DNA of 32,000 nt from Vibrio vulnificus CMCP6 (GTDB lineage Bacteria > Pseudomonadota > Gammaproteobacteria > Enterobacterales > Vibrionaceae): assembly GCF_000039765.1 (NCBI RefSeq), contig NC_004459.3, positions 2,926,104 to 2,958,103 on the forward strand, given 5' to 3'. The first letter of the stretch is position 1; the number at the start of each line of letters is the position of its first letter. Below, piece after piece: positions 19,892 through 29,711 of this stretch. The position numbers and the translations under genes were made by a program. Below the pieces are notes generated by a model. That model was not told the origin of the DNA and searched no databases. It worked only from the letters and a program-made list of their open reading frames with translations.

Positions 19892-20563
19892 TTATTTTTG
19901 TTGTGAGTTCACTTGTTCTTTTAACTTTGCCAACTCTTTTTCAATTTCATCCTGAGCTTGAAGCTCAGCAAATTCCTGTTCCAATGATTTTGATGAACCG
20001 GAGTTGGCGTAGAGATCCGCTTCAGCTTCCAGCTCATCCACTTTACGAGCGTATTGCTCAAACTTTGCCATCGCTTCATGCGTGCGGCCGGAACTCAAAT
20101 GACGCTGAACATCACGACGATTGGAAGCCGTTTGATTGCGGATCATCAAAGCTTGCTGCTTCGCGCGCGTTTCGGCAATTTTGGTTTCCAATTTGCCAAT
20201 TTCGCCAGTCAGTTTCTCAATGGTTTCTTCCACAAGAGTTTGCTCTGTATGCAAACCTTTGATCAAGTCTTGTAGCTTTTGCTTTTCAATTAATGCTGCA
20301 CGCGCCAAATCTTCACGTTGCTTAGTCAGCGCCAATGTCGCTTTTTGTTGCCAATCCGAAATTTGGCTTTCCATTGCTTCCACTTTACGAGCAAGCTCTT
20401 TTTTATCCGCAATGGCTTTCGCCGAGTTGGTACGCACTTCGACCAGCGTGTCTTCCATTTCTTGAATGATGAGACGAATCATTTTTTCCGGATCTTCTGC
20501 TTTATCCAGCAGCGCACTGATATTGGAATTGATGATGTCTGCAAAACGAGAAAAAATACCCAT
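19892..20563 (-). CDS. pspA: Phage shock protein A
   Basis: 223 aa, [55 protein letters not shown], classic PspA/IM30 N-terminus. Confidence 0.96.
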   Translation of the reverse strand: MGIFSRFADIINSNISALLDKAEDPEKMIRLIIQEMEDTLVEVRTNSAKAIADKKELARKVEAMESQISDWQQKATLALTKQREDLARAALIEKQKLQDLIKGLHTEQTLVEETIEKLTGEIGKLETKIAETRAKQQALMIRNQTASNRRDVQRHLSSGRTHEAMAKFEQYARKVDELEAEADLYANSGSSKSLEQEFAELQAQDEIEKELAKLKEQVNSQQK

Positions 20564-20643
20564 GATGGAACTCCTCTATTAGTCTCGATATCGTGCTTTT
20601 GTCTAAAAATGCACTCAGTCAGTGTTCTAGTTATTAACGTTAT

Positions 20644-20660
20644 AACAAGAAGCATGCCAA
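20644..20660 (-). promoter_or_regulatory. Sigma54 promoter of pspABC
   Basis: Minus strand TTGGCATGCTTCTTGTT against YTGGCAYG-N4-TTGYW; exact 10-nt spacing between -24 GG and -12 GT. Confidence 0.82.
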
Positions 20661-20699
20661 AGTTAATTTTCTTTATTTTTCAATAAAATAGAATTCAAC

Positions 20700-20727
20700 T
20701 TGTCTCTCTCCGAACCTATGCTATGAT
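20700..20727 (+). promoter_or_regulatory. Putative sigma70 promoter of pspF
   Basis: TTGTCT (20700-20705), 16-nt spacer, TATGAT (20722-20727). Confidence 0.5.
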
Positions 20728-20731
20728 GATT

Positions 20732-20759
20732 TTCACCAAATATTGGTGAATTTAACCAA
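20732..20759. promoter_or_regulatory. Candidate PspF upstream activating sequence / operator
   Basis: Perfect palindrome TTCACCAA-ATA-TTGGTGAA (20732-20750), extended by AATTTAACCAA to give an overlapping TTGGT-N7-ACCAA. Confidence 0.5.
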
Positions 20760-20793
20760 TTTCGTTTCCCAAACGCTCACTAAGAAGGAACTT

Positions 20794-21831
20794 ATGAAGC
20801 AAAACTTGATCGGAGAATCACCTGCCTTTCTGTCTGTCCTCGACAAAGTGTCAAAACTGGCACCGATTGAGCGTCCAATCTTGATCATTGGTGAGCGAGG
20901 CACAGGGAAAGAACTGATCGCTCAGCGCTTGCATTACCTGTCTAAACGTTGGGATAAGCCCCTGCTCTCTCTCAACTGTGCCACTTTGTCTGAAGGTTTG
21001 ATCGACTCCGAGTTGTTTGGCCATGAATCCGGTTCTTTTACGGGCTCAAAGGGGAAACATAAGGGGCGATTTGAACGTGCAGAAGGCGGTACCCTGTTTC
21101 TTGATGAGCTGGCCACTGCGCCTTTGATGGTACAAGAAAAATTGTTACGAGTGATCGAATACGGTGAGTATGAGCGCGTGGGTGGCCATCAGCCACTGAC
21201 CGCGGACGTTCGCTTGGTGTGTGCGACCAATGCGGATCTAGTAAAAATGGCCGAAGAAGGTCAGTTTCGCGCTGACTTGCTCGACCGACTCGCGTTTGAT
21301 GTCATTACGCTACCGCCATTGCGAGAGCGCCAAGAGGATATTCTGTTGCTCGCCGAGCACTACGCGATAAAAATGTGCCGAGAACTCAAACTCGACTATT
21401 TTGTCGGCTTTACTTCCCATGCTAATGAGCAGTTGACTCAATACCGCTGGCCGGGCAACGTTCGGGAGCTGAAAAACGTCGTAGAACGGGCCATTTATCG
21501 TCACGGTCTGAATCCAGATCCGATCGATGAGTTGATTTTTAATCCCTTCGCTACCGGTTGGGAGAGCGAAAAGGCCGAACAAGACCAACCGAATGCATCG
21601 AGTACTGCATCAAGTTCAACAAGCGACGATCAACTCTCTCCACCAGCAACGACCGAGATTTCGTTCCCGATTGATTATAAACAGTGGCAAGAAGAGCAAG
21701 ACATTAAACTACTTAATCAAGCCTTGGAAGCCAGTAAATTCAACCAGCGCCAAGCCGCCGATCTTTTAGGGCTCAGCTATCACCAATTCCGAGGTATGGT
21801 AAGAAAATACGCCTTAGTGGGACAAAACTAG
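20794..21831 (+). CDS. pspF: Phage shock operon transcriptional activator PspF
   Basis: 345 aa AAA+ enhancer-binding protein lacking an N-terminal sensory domain, Walker A GERGTGKE, C-terminal Fis-like HTH; divergent from pspABC. Start at MKQNLIGESPAF. Confidence 0.93.
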   Translation: MKQNLIGESPAFLSVLDKVSKLAPIERPILIIGERGTGKELIAQRLHYLSKRWDKPLLSLNCATLSEGLIDSELFGHESGSFTGSKGKHKGRFERAEGGTLFLDELATAPLMVQEKLLRVIEYGEYERVGGHQPLTADVRLVCATNADLVKMAEEGQFRADLLDRLAFDVITLPPLRERQEDILLLAEHYAIKMCRELKLDYFVGFTSHANEQLTQYRWPGNVRELKNVVERAIYRHGLNPDPIDELIFNPFATGWESEKAEQDQPNASSTASSSTSDDQLSPPATTEISFPIDYKQWQEEQDIKLLNQALEASKFNQRQAADLLGLSYHQFRGMVRKYALVGQN

Positions 21832-22007
21832 ACCTAGGTCCAACAGCAAAATATCGCTGGAGTGTTACACTTAAAGCAGCTCGAAAGGCCCAATAACGCT
21901 TTGCTCAAAAACGAATTTATGTTTGGAGTGGGGTGAATAAAATGATAAATTAGCCGGATCTTTTGGGCGCTAACTTAGGCGTACTGACATACGAAACGTT
22001 TCATTTT

Positions 22008-23624
22008 ATGAAAACACTAATACACCTCACATTGGGATTATTAGGCTTTAGCTTACTAACCGGGTGTGGCAAAGACATTGACCACAAAGAAGTACGCCAA
22101 ACTGGCTTTGTTTTTTGTGGGCAAACCAACCTTAAAACCTTCAATCCTCAGTTGATTGATAGTGGTATTACGGCAGACACTCTCAGCCCGCAGATTTTCG
22201 ATACCCTTTTGACGCTTGACCCACAAACGCATCAGCCCATTCCGAGCCTTGCTGAAAGTTGGAAGGTCAATAAAACCGGCACAGAATACACGTTTACCCT
22301 ACGCAAAAATGTCGCTTTTCAAACCACTGACTGGTTTACCCCTTCACGCGCTCTTAACGCAGAAGACGTGGTGTTTAGTTTCCGTCGTATCATCGACCCT
22401 AGTCACCCTTATCATCTCGTTGGCGGAGGAAACTACCCTTGGTTTGCTGGCATAGACTTTGCCAACCTTTTGGTGGATGTGGTGCCCCTTTCCGATGACC
22501 AAGTGAAGTTTATTCTCAGCCGTCCGAATTTTGCGTTTCTTTCTAATCTTGCGACTGCGCACTCCGTGATCCTGTCTGCCGAATACGCCAATCAACTGGC
22601 GGCAAAAGATGCCAAAGAGCGTATCGATATGTATCCCGTTGGCAGTGGTCCGTTTTTGTTAGACGAGTATCAAATTAACGATTTGGTTCGTTTACGTCGC
22701 CACGAAGGCTATTGGCGTAACCCGGTAAAAATGGAACAGGTGGTTTTCGATATTTCACAACGTGGTACAGGTACGCTTGCCAAACTATTGCGTAACGAGT
22801 GCGATGTATTGCGCTCGCCAATCTCCAGCCAGATCCCGATTATTGAAAACAACCCCAATATGGAACTGACGGCAACGCCGGCCATGAACGTTGCTTTCAT
22901 CGCCATCAATACCAGCCATTCTGCGCTAAAAGATGTGCGTGTGCGCCAAGCATTGAACCTCGCGATCAACCGACAAAATATCCTCGACTCCGTCTACTAT
23001 GGGACAGGAACAAAGGCGTACACCTTGTTGCCGCCTAACTCATGGGCATACCAGAAAGACAGCGTTAAAGTGCGTTTTGATCGTAACTACGCACTTGCGC
23101 TGATGCGTGAAGCGGGTTACGAGAAAGGACTGTCACTAACGATGTGGGTACCACTAGAGCCTCGTGTCTATAACCCAAGCCCGAGAAAAACCGCAGAGTT
23201 GATTCAGTCTAATCTAGCGGATATTGGTATCGACTTAACCCTTATTACTGATGAAAGAAACGAACGTGTGACCACCGATCACACACAAGGCGATCTTTCA
23301 CTAACGGGTTGGGTGGGAGACACTGGCGATCCTGATAATTTCTTACGCCCACTGCTTTCTTGCAGCTCTGAAAGAGCGGGGATTAACGTTGCCATGTGGT
23401 GTAACAGTGATTTTGATTTCTTGCTCGATCTCGCGTTAGAAACCGAAAAGAATCGTTATCGCCTAAACTTATATCGTCAAGCGCAAAATATTCTCAACGA
23501 GGAATTCCCTGTGATTCCATTGGCACACGGCGTTCAGTTCCGTGCTCATGACAAATCGCTGATTGGCTTCAAATCCAGTCCATTCAATTCCCAACCTTTC
23601 GACACGGTAGAGAGAGCTTATTGA
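22008..23624 (+). CDS. sapA: SapA-like ABC transporter substrate-binding lipoprotein
   Basis: Family 5 solute-binding protein (PSLAESWKVNKTGTEYTFTLRKNVAF, FNRQNILDSVYYGTGTKA-type region) at the head of sapBCDF. Lipobox LLTGC. Confidence 0.88.
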   Translation: MKTLIHLTLGLLGFSLLTGCGKDIDHKEVRQTGFVFCGQTNLKTFNPQLIDSGITADTLSPQIFDTLLTLDPQTHQPIPSLAESWKVNKTGTEYTFTLRKNVAFQTTDWFTPSRALNAEDVVFSFRRIIDPSHPYHLVGGGNYPWFAGIDFANLLVDVVPLSDDQVKFILSRPNFAFLSNLATAHSVILSAEYANQLAAKDAKERIDMYPVGSGPFLLDEYQINDLVRLRRHEGYWRNPVKMEQVVFDISQRGTGTLAKLLRNECDVLRSPISSQIPIIENNPNMELTATPAMNVAFIAINTSHSALKDVRVRQALNLAINRQNILDSVYYGTGTKAYTLLPPNSWAYQKDSVKVRFDRNYALALMREAGYEKGLSLTMWVPLEPRVYNPSPRKTAELIQSNLADIGIDLTLITDERNERVTTDHTQGDLSLTGWVGDTGDPDNFLRPLLSCSSERAGINVAMWCNSDFDFLLDLALETEKNRYRLNLYRQAQNILNEEFPVIPLAHGVQFRAHDKSLIGFKSSPFNSQPFDTVERAY

Positions 23625-24586
23625 TGTTCTGGTATGCAGTAAGACGCCTTAACTTATTCGTCATTACACTGGCCATTTTAACCATGGTTGGTTTTTCGAT
23701 CTTACGCTTAGACCCAGAGTCAGTATGGGCTCAAGCCGAATATTGGCATGGTTGGAGTATTTATCTTTCCGAACTCGCGCAACTTAACTTTGGAGTGAGT
23801 AAAAGCGGTGCCTCCATTTATGATGAATTGGCGGTGGTGTTTCCCGCCACATTGGAACTCTGTTTCTTTGCCTTTTTGGTCGCGCTCTTGATCGGCATTC
23901 CTTTTGGAACGATAGCAGGTATGAAACAAGGTAAGTGGGTCGACACCACCATCTCCTTTGTCTCCATGTCTGGCTACTCTGCCCCGCTCTTTTGGGTCGC
24001 ACTATTGATGCTGATGGTGTTCTCTCTCCATTTCGAGATATTTCCTGTCTCTGGGCGCTACGATCTACTTTATGAAATCCAACACGTCACTGGTTTTGCC
24101 ATCATCGATGCGTTTCTTGCTAAAGGGCCTTACAAAGCTCATGCACTGCAGAGCGTCATTGAACATATGGTACTGCCCTGCTTGGTCTTGGCGCTGGCGC
24201 CAACCACACAAGTGATCGGCTTGATGCGAGCTTCTGTGGCCGACGTTATGAGTCAAAACTACATACGAGCGGCCAGAATCAAAGGTTTAACCACACGAGA
24301 AATCGTCACCCAACATGTATTACGCAACGCGATTCCACCCATTATTCCTAAAGTTGGCGTACAACTTTCCAGCATGCTAACGCTGGCCATCATTACGGAA
24401 TCTATTTTTAACTGGCCGGGTATTGGCCGTTGGTTACTAGATGCACTCTCGAATCGAGATTATGTATCGATTCAAGCGGGAGTGATGGTCGTGGCGACAT
24501 TAGTGCTCACGGCCAACATTTTGTCCGATCTGATTGGCGCGATGATCAATCCACTGGTAAGGAAGGAATGGTATGCTAACCGATAG
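23621..24586 (+). CDS. sapB: Peptide ABC transporter permease SapB
   Basis: 321 aa DppB-like permease with EAA loop (LTTREIVTQHVLRNAIPPIIPKVG); overlaps sapA by 4 nt. Confidence 0.9.
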   Translation: MMFWYAVRRLNLFVITLAILTMVGFSILRLDPESVWAQAEYWHGWSIYLSELAQLNFGVSKSGASIYDELAVVFPATLELCFFAFLVALLIGIPFGTIAGMKQGKWVDTTISFVSMSGYSAPLFWVALLMLMVFSLHFEIFPVSGRYDLLYEIQHVTGFAIIDAFLAKGPYKAHALQSVIEHMVLPCLVLALAPTTQVIGLMRASVADVMSQNYIRAARIKGLTTREIVTQHVLRNAIPPIIPKVGVQLSSMLTLAIITESIFNWPGIGRWLLDALSNRDYVSIQAGVMVVATLVLTANILSDLIGAMINPLVRKEWYANR

Positions 24587-25460
24587 TGTTTACCAGGAAG
24601 AGCATATTCCGACTCAATTTGAGCGCTTTTGGCGTAGCTTCCGCAATAACAATCTCGCTATGTTTGGATTGTGGTGTTTGATCTTGTTGTTGCTGGTTAC
24701 CATCAGCGCACCTTGGTTGGTCCCGCACGACCCTCAACAACAAACCGCGCAATTACTGGTGCCTCCTTCATGGAGCCCTGCGGGGACAGTCGAATATTTC
24801 CTTGGTACCGATGATTTAGGCCGAGACATCCTATCGCGCCTCATTATGGGAACGCAGCCCACTTTAGGCGCCGCGATCATCATTACTGCCATCGCCGCCA
24901 TCATTGGCTGCTTTATCGGTGTTCTTGCAGGGATGACACGCGGACTTCTATCCAGTACGTTGAACCACTTACTGGATACGGTCATGTCCATTCCATCACT
25001 GCTTTTGGCGATCATCTTTGTCGCATTCTTTGGTGCAGGCGAATTCACCGTGTTGTTGGCCGTTGGGCTTGCGCTGATTCCACGCTTTATTCGCTCGGTT
25101 TACATTGCCATACACACCGAAGTTGAAAAAGATTACATCATGGCAGCGCGACTCGATGGCGCGAATAGCTTCTACTTGCTGTGGAACTCCATTTTGCCGA
25201 ACGTACTGACCGTGATTGCGACCGAAATTACCTTGGCGCTGTCTGTGGCTGTTTTAGACATCACCGCGCTTGGCTTTCTGGGGCTGGGGGCACAAGCACC
25301 GAGCACCGAATGGGGCGCAATTCTTGGCGATTCCGTGGAGCTGATTTATCTCGCGCCTTGGACCGTAACACTGCCCGGATTGTCCATTATGTTTACCGTT
25401 ATCGTCATCAACCTTGTCGGGGATGGCGTACGCCGAGCTCTCAATGCGGGGATCGAATAA
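24573..25460 (+). CDS. sapC: Peptide ABC transporter permease SapC
   Basis: 295 aa DppC-like permease, including [28 protein letters not shown]; overlaps sapB. Confidence 0.9.
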   Translation: MLTDSVYQEEHIPTQFERFWRSFRNNNLAMFGLWCLILLLLVTISAPWLVPHDPQQQTAQLLVPPSWSPAGTVEYFLGTDDLGRDILSRLIMGTQPTLGAAIIITAIAAIIGCFIGVLAGMTRGLLSSTLNHLLDTVMSIPSLLLAIIFVAFFGAGEFTVLLAVGLALIPRFIRSVYIAIHTEVEKDYIMAARLDGANSFYLLWNSILPNVLTVIATEITLALSVAVLDITALGFLGLGAQAPSTEWGAILGDSVELIYLAPWTVTLPGLSIMFTVIVINLVGDGVRRALNAGIE

Positions 25461-26455
25461 TGCCATTATTGGATATTCGTCATTTGACGATCGAAATTGA
25501 GACTCCGCAAGGCTTGGTGAAAGCCGTTGATCGCATGAGCCTCACGCTAAATGAAGGTGAAATTCGCGGCCTAGTTGGCGAATCTGGCTCTGGTAAAAGC
25601 TTGGTCGCCAAAGCCATCGTTGGGGTATGCAAAGACAACTGGAGAGTCACCGCCGACCGCATGCGATTGGGCAACATTGACCTACTGCAACTCACGCCAA
25701 GTGAGCGTCGACGTGTCATCGCCCGCGACATCGCAATGATTTTCCAAGAGCCGTCTACCTGCCTTGACCCGTCTGAAGAAGTGGGCAAGCAGTTGATTGA
25801 ATCGATTCCATCACGCACTTTTGAAGGGAAATGGTGGGAGCGATTTAAGTGGCGTAAAAAACGCGCGATTGCACTTTTGCATAAAGTGGGCATTAAAGAT
25901 CATCAACGCTTGATGAAAAGCTATCCCTATGAACTCACAGATGGTGAATGCCAAAAAGTGATGATTGCGATGGCGATCGCCACGGCGCCAAAACTGTTGA
26001 TCGCGGATGAGCCGACTAACGACCTCGATCCGATCACGCAAAATCAGATCCTACGCTTGTTGAGCAGAATGAATCAGTTGAACAACACGACGATTTTGCT
26101 CATCGGCCACGACTTAACCAACATTACCCAATGGGCCAACCGTATTACGGTGATGTACTGTGGCCAATCGGTGGAATCGGCTGACACAGATCGTATTTTG
26201 GAAGCACCGAAGCATCCCTATACCGCAGCCCTACTGAAAGCCATGCCGGACTTTAGTCATTGGATTCCTCACAAGCAGAAGTTGCAGTCGCTCCCGGGCT
26301 CGATTCCTCCGTTGCAACATTTGCCGATAGGGTGCCGCTTGGGACCTCGTTGCCCATACGCGCAGCGCCAGTGTGTTGAGATTCCGTATGCGCGTCGTAT
26401 TAAAAATCATAAGTTTAGCTGTCATTTCCCTCTTAACACGGAGAAAGATTCATGA
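25460..26455 (+). CDS. sapD: Peptide ABC transporter ATP-binding protein SapD
   Basis: [48 protein letters not shown]; C-terminal oligopeptide ABC domain with cysteines. ATG overlaps the sapC stop (TAATG). Confidence 0.92.
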   Translation: MPLLDIRHLTIEIETPQGLVKAVDRMSLTLNEGEIRGLVGESGSGKSLVAKAIVGVCKDNWRVTADRMRLGNIDLLQLTPSERRRVIARDIAMIFQEPSTCLDPSEEVGKQLIESIPSRTFEGKWWERFKWRKKRAIALLHKVGIKDHQRLMKSYPYELTDGECQKVMIAMAIATAPKLLIADEPTNDLDPITQNQILRLLSRMNQLNNTTILLIGHDLTNITQWANRITVMYCGQSVESADTDRILEAPKHPYTAALLKAMPDFSHWIPHKQKLQSLPGSIPPLQHLPIGCRLGPRCPYAQRQCVEIPYARRIKNHKFSCHFPLNTEKDS

Positions 26456-27237
26456 GTGCGTTGTTAGAGGTTGAAAACCTGTCGAAAAATTTTGTTACCC
26501 GTTCAGGCTTGTTTAAACGGGAAGTACAGCAGGCAGTGAAACCGGTTAGTTTTACACTAGAAGCTGGCCAAACTATTGGTTTCATTGGCCAAAATGGCTC
26601 AGGAAAATCCACACTAGCCCGCATGCTGGCCGGCATGGTGGAACCGACTTCTGGCGAAATTCGTGTCAACGGCGAGCGACTTGAGCACAGAGACTACGCC
26701 ACACGCTGCAAACTGATTCGGATGATTTTCCAAGATCCCAACACCTCGTTGAATCCACGTATTCAAATCGGGCGTATTTTAGAAGGTCCACTCAAGCGAA
26801 ACACCAACATGCCGCCGGAAGCACGTCTAAAGCGGGTTAAAGACACACTGTTGCGGGTTGGCTTGTTACCCGAACACGCCTATTTTTATCCGCAGATGCT
26901 GGCAACCGGACAAAAGCAGCGTGTCTGCTTAGCACGGGCCTTGATTCTACAACCTTCTATCATCGTTGCCGACGAAGCGCTAAACGGCTTAGACATGGCA
27001 ATGCGCTCACAAATCATCAACCTCTTTTTGGAACTGCAAGAAGAGATGGGCGTGTCGTTTGTCTATGTATCACAGCACATCGGTATCGTTAAACACATCA
27101 CCGATAAAGTGATGGTGATGCATGAAGGTGAAGTGGTGGAATCTGGTGATACGCAAATCGTGTTAAGCGATCCACAGCATCCTCTTACACAACGTTTGGT
27201 CGAAAACCATTTCTACAAAACCCCTTCTCACTACTAG
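26452..27237 (+). CDS. sapF: Peptide ABC transporter ATP-binding protein SapF
   Basis: 261 aa, Walker [10 protein letters not shown], Walker B region IIVADEAL; overlaps sapD by 4 nt. Confidence 0.92.
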   Translation: MSALLEVENLSKNFVTRSGLFKREVQQAVKPVSFTLEAGQTIGFIGQNGSGKSTLARMLAGMVEPTSGEIRVNGERLEHRDYATRCKLIRMIFQDPNTSLNPRIQIGRILEGPLKRNTNMPPEARLKRVKDTLLRVGLLPEHAYFYPQMLATGQKQRVCLARALILQPSIIVADEALNGLDMAMRSQIINLFLELQEEMGVSFVYVSQHIGIVKHITDKVMVMHEGEVVESGDTQIVLSDPQHPLTQRLVENHFYKTPSHY

Positions 27238-27289
27238 AAGCCATCTGTCAGCGTGATGAGAAAATAGTCAGCGAAGCAAGGAGCAATGC

Positions 27290-28072
27290 ATGAATAGAGT
27301 TTGGGTGAAATCACTGATTGGCATTGCTCTCCTACTTTTGACATCGGGCACTCATGCACTGGAAAAAACGTGGCTTCAACCAGCCTTCGTCAGCAATGCA
27401 TTCATTCAAGTGGCATTGCGCAATGAATATAGCCCTGGGGAAAAGAAAGTTCGCAAATGGCACACGCCTGTACGTGTGTACGTTGAACATCAGGTCGCAG
27501 ATAAAGCGCTGCATGAATCGCTATTAAAAATGCACCTCCGTGATTTGTCCGCCATCACGGGCCTCTCAATTGAGACCACCAACGACAAAGCACAAGCCAA
27601 CGTTGTTTGGGTGTTCACCCAAGAATCGAGCTATCAAAGTGAAGTCAAACGTCTCATGGGACGCAAATCTGCCAACAATCTGGGCAGCGCGGTTTGCAAA
27701 GCGGGTTTTAAAACTCGCCAAAGTGCCATCTATTACGCTGCGATTGTTATTCCTGTCGACAAAGCGCGCGAGCACGGCAAATTGGTCGCTTGTATTGTGG
27801 AAGAAATCACTCAGGTTCTCGGTCTGCCTAACGATTCAGATCAGGCTTACCCTTCTATTTTTAATGACAATTCCCCAGAAGAGTTACTTTCACCACTTGA
27901 TATCGTCCTACTCAAATTGCTTTATCAACCTGAGATTAAGGCTGGTATGTCGGAGGCGGAAGTCAAACCAGTACTAAGTACACTGCTCACGCGTTTCGCC
28001 GACAATGGCACCTTATCTCAATCCGTCGATGTAGCAACGCAAACCGAGCTGTTTCAGTTTATTGGGTATTGA
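27290..28072 (+). CDS. Secreted DUF2927-like protein of unknown function
   Basis: 260 aa, signal peptide (SLIGIALLLLTSGTHA), central CIVEEITQVLGLPNDSD characteristic of DUF2927-type proteins. Confidence 0.7.
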   Translation: MNRVWVKSLIGIALLLLTSGTHALEKTWLQPAFVSNAFIQVALRNEYSPGEKKVRKWHTPVRVYVEHQVADKALHESLLKMHLRDLSAITGLSIETTNDKAQANVVWVFTQESSYQSEVKRLMGRKSANNLGSAVCKAGFKTRQSAIYYAAIVIPVDKAREHGKLVACIVEEITQVLGLPNDSDQAYPSIFNDNSPEELLSPLDIVLLKLLYQPEIKAGMSEAEVKPVLSTLLTRFADNGTLSQSVDVATQTELFQFIGY

Positions 28073-28118
28073 TCGTTAAGCGGTTCAAAGCCGTTAAATT
28101 GCTATGCGGCGATGAAAA

Positions 28119-28140
28119 AACGGTGCTGAATCGCACCGTT
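28119..28140 (-). terminator. Terminator of the DUF2750 gene
   Basis: Minus strand AACGGTGC-GATTCA-GCACCGTT followed by TTTT. Confidence 0.75.
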
Positions 28141-28165
28141 ATGTTCCGTGATTGACCAGAGCGTT

Positions 28166-28555
28166 TTATCTCTTCGCCGCCTGTTTTTTCAGTTCAAAAT
28201 CAAACTCATCAGGGAACAACACCACCCCTTCCTCATTAATGCTCGGAAACACGACAACCGATAGTTCGTCGTCTTCTAAGCCACGAGTCCAGCGGCTGTG
28301 CCACTTGTTTAGCGAGATCGATTCCGCTTGGCACTCTTGCCAATCGCCCGTGGCCCACTCTTCAGCAAATTCTCTATTTGGCCAAACCGGTACGCACTCT
28401 TCCTCTTCGGTGTTGAGCATCACGCAGCCATGCTCATCAGTGAGGATCCATACTTGGCGCTGGGCGACAATTTCCTTAACGCAGTAACGTAAACGCTGCT
28501 CTTGATCGTAACTATTAATGGTACGAATTTGATCTTGGGATAATGGTGTGGTCAT
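28166..28555 (-). CDS. DUF2750-like protein
   Basis: 129 aa, WILTDEHGCVMLNTEEEECVPVWPNREFAEEWATGDWQ, typical of small DUF2750 proteins. Confidence 0.7.
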   Translation of the reverse strand: MTTPLSQDQIRTINSYDQEQRLRYCVKEIVAQRQVWILTDEHGCVMLNTEEEECVPVWPNREFAEEWATGDWQECQAESISLNKWHSRWTRGLEDDELSVVVFPSINEEGVVLFPDEFDFELKKQAAKR

Positions 28556-28593
28556 TGCGCCTCTCCACTTTTGCCTTTTGGCGACATTTAATT

Positions 28594-28625
28594 AAAAACG
28601 CCCACTTGCCGTGGCAAATGGGCGT
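28594..28625 (-). terminator. Terminator of the pyrophosphatase gene
   Basis: AAACGCCCA-c-TTGCC-GT-GGCAA-a-TGGGCGTTT, T run on the minus strand. Confidence 0.82.
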
Positions 28626-28686
28626 TTCCATTATGGTGTAAAGTCTCACCTGGTACCAGAGAGACTCTTTCACTCTGTGCGACTGA

Positions 28687-29592
28687 TTACGCAAGCTCAA
28701 CTTGAAGCCAAGGCCAACCTTGCTTCTTACGACTTAGCGTGTTTTCCATCATCAGCAGGCCATCTTTTTCATGCTTAGCCAGTTTGTCTGACCACTCACC
28801 TTTGTAGATCAAGCGAGTCCAAGCTGTCGTGATGTCAGTTAGCATAACAGCAGCAAACGCAAGGCCATCTTCGTCACAACGACGTTGTAGGTCCGCTTCT
28901 AGTGCTTCGATCATGCCGTCGACTTGCTCAAGCGTTGCCAGTTCAACTTGGCCTACAACCACGTCACGACCGTTGAATGGGTAACCTTTCAGATCTTTCT
29001 CTACAAGTTGCGCAGCAGATAGACCTTCAATATTTGTTTTCGCGATCAGCAGATCTTTAGTAAACGCATCAACATCGGTAACGCCGGCAATTTGTGCAAG
29101 CTCTGCAACGGCATCTTTATCTTTTTGCGTACAAGTTGGAGAAGCAAAACCAACAGTGTCAGACAGGATTGCAGACATCATTAGCTTAGCGATTTTTTCA
29201 GAGATCGCGTGACCTTCAATCTTGAACATGTTGAACAGAACGGTGTTAGTACAACCAACAGGCCAGATCCATGCTTCCATTGGGTTTACGGTCATGACAT
29301 CACCAAGACGGTGATGGTCAACGATACCCGCAACTTCAGCTTCAGCGATATCATCAGGCGCTTGAGCAAGATCTGAGTAATCCACCAACCACACCGTTTC
29401 ACCGGCTACTGATGTACGTAGCTCAGGAACCTCTGCACCAGCCACTTCAAGAATGTGCTGTGTTTCGCGGTTGATTTCGCCTTGACGAATCGGCATCGCT
29501 TCAACGCCACGCGCTTTTAGCAGCTCAGTGGCTACGATGGCACTACAAATACTGTCACTGTCTGGGTTTTTATGACCTACAACTAGAATCAT
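28687..29592 (-). CDS. ppaC: Manganese-dependent inorganic pyrophosphatase (family II)
   Basis: 301 aa beginning MILVVGHKNPDSDSICSA, DHH motif AGIVDHHRLGD, DHHA2-type C-terminus. The ORF track extends upstream, but ATG 29592 has an AGGAAAG ribosome-binding site. Confidence 0.94.
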   Translation of the reverse strand: MILVVGHKNPDSDSICSAIVATELLKARGVEAMPIRQGEINRETQHILEVAGAEVPELRTSVAGETVWLVDYSDLAQAPDDIAEAEVAGIVDHHRLGDVMTVNPMEAWIWPVGCTNTVLFNMFKIEGHAISEKIAKLMMSAILSDTVGFASPTCTQKDKDAVAELAQIAGVTDVDAFTKDLLIAKTNIEGLSAAQLVEKDLKGYPFNGRDVVVGQVELATLEQVDGMIEALEADLQRRCDEDGLAFAAVMLTDITTAWTRLIYKGEWSDKLAKHEKDGLLMMENTLSRKKQGWPWLQVELA

Positions 29593-29711
29593 TATCTTTC
29601 CTATCCAAGTCTCGTTATTCCTGCTTAACCAAAAAGCAGGGTTGCTCACAAAGGGGCATACTTTACCTGAAATGAGCGGATTTGACACCAAGAAAAGTGA
29701 CGTCCAGCTAT

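Noticed and set aside
25181-25459. Upstream extension of the SapD ORF
   Set aside because: The extension overlaps sapC out of frame. SapD homology starts at [14 protein letters not shown] (ATG 25460) with stop/start overlap.
28082-28095. Possible hairpin GGTTCAAAGCC downstream of the DUF2927 gene
   Set aside because: The stem is only about 3-4 bp with no T tract, too weak to call. The adjacent 28119-28140 stem is the real terminator on the minus strand.
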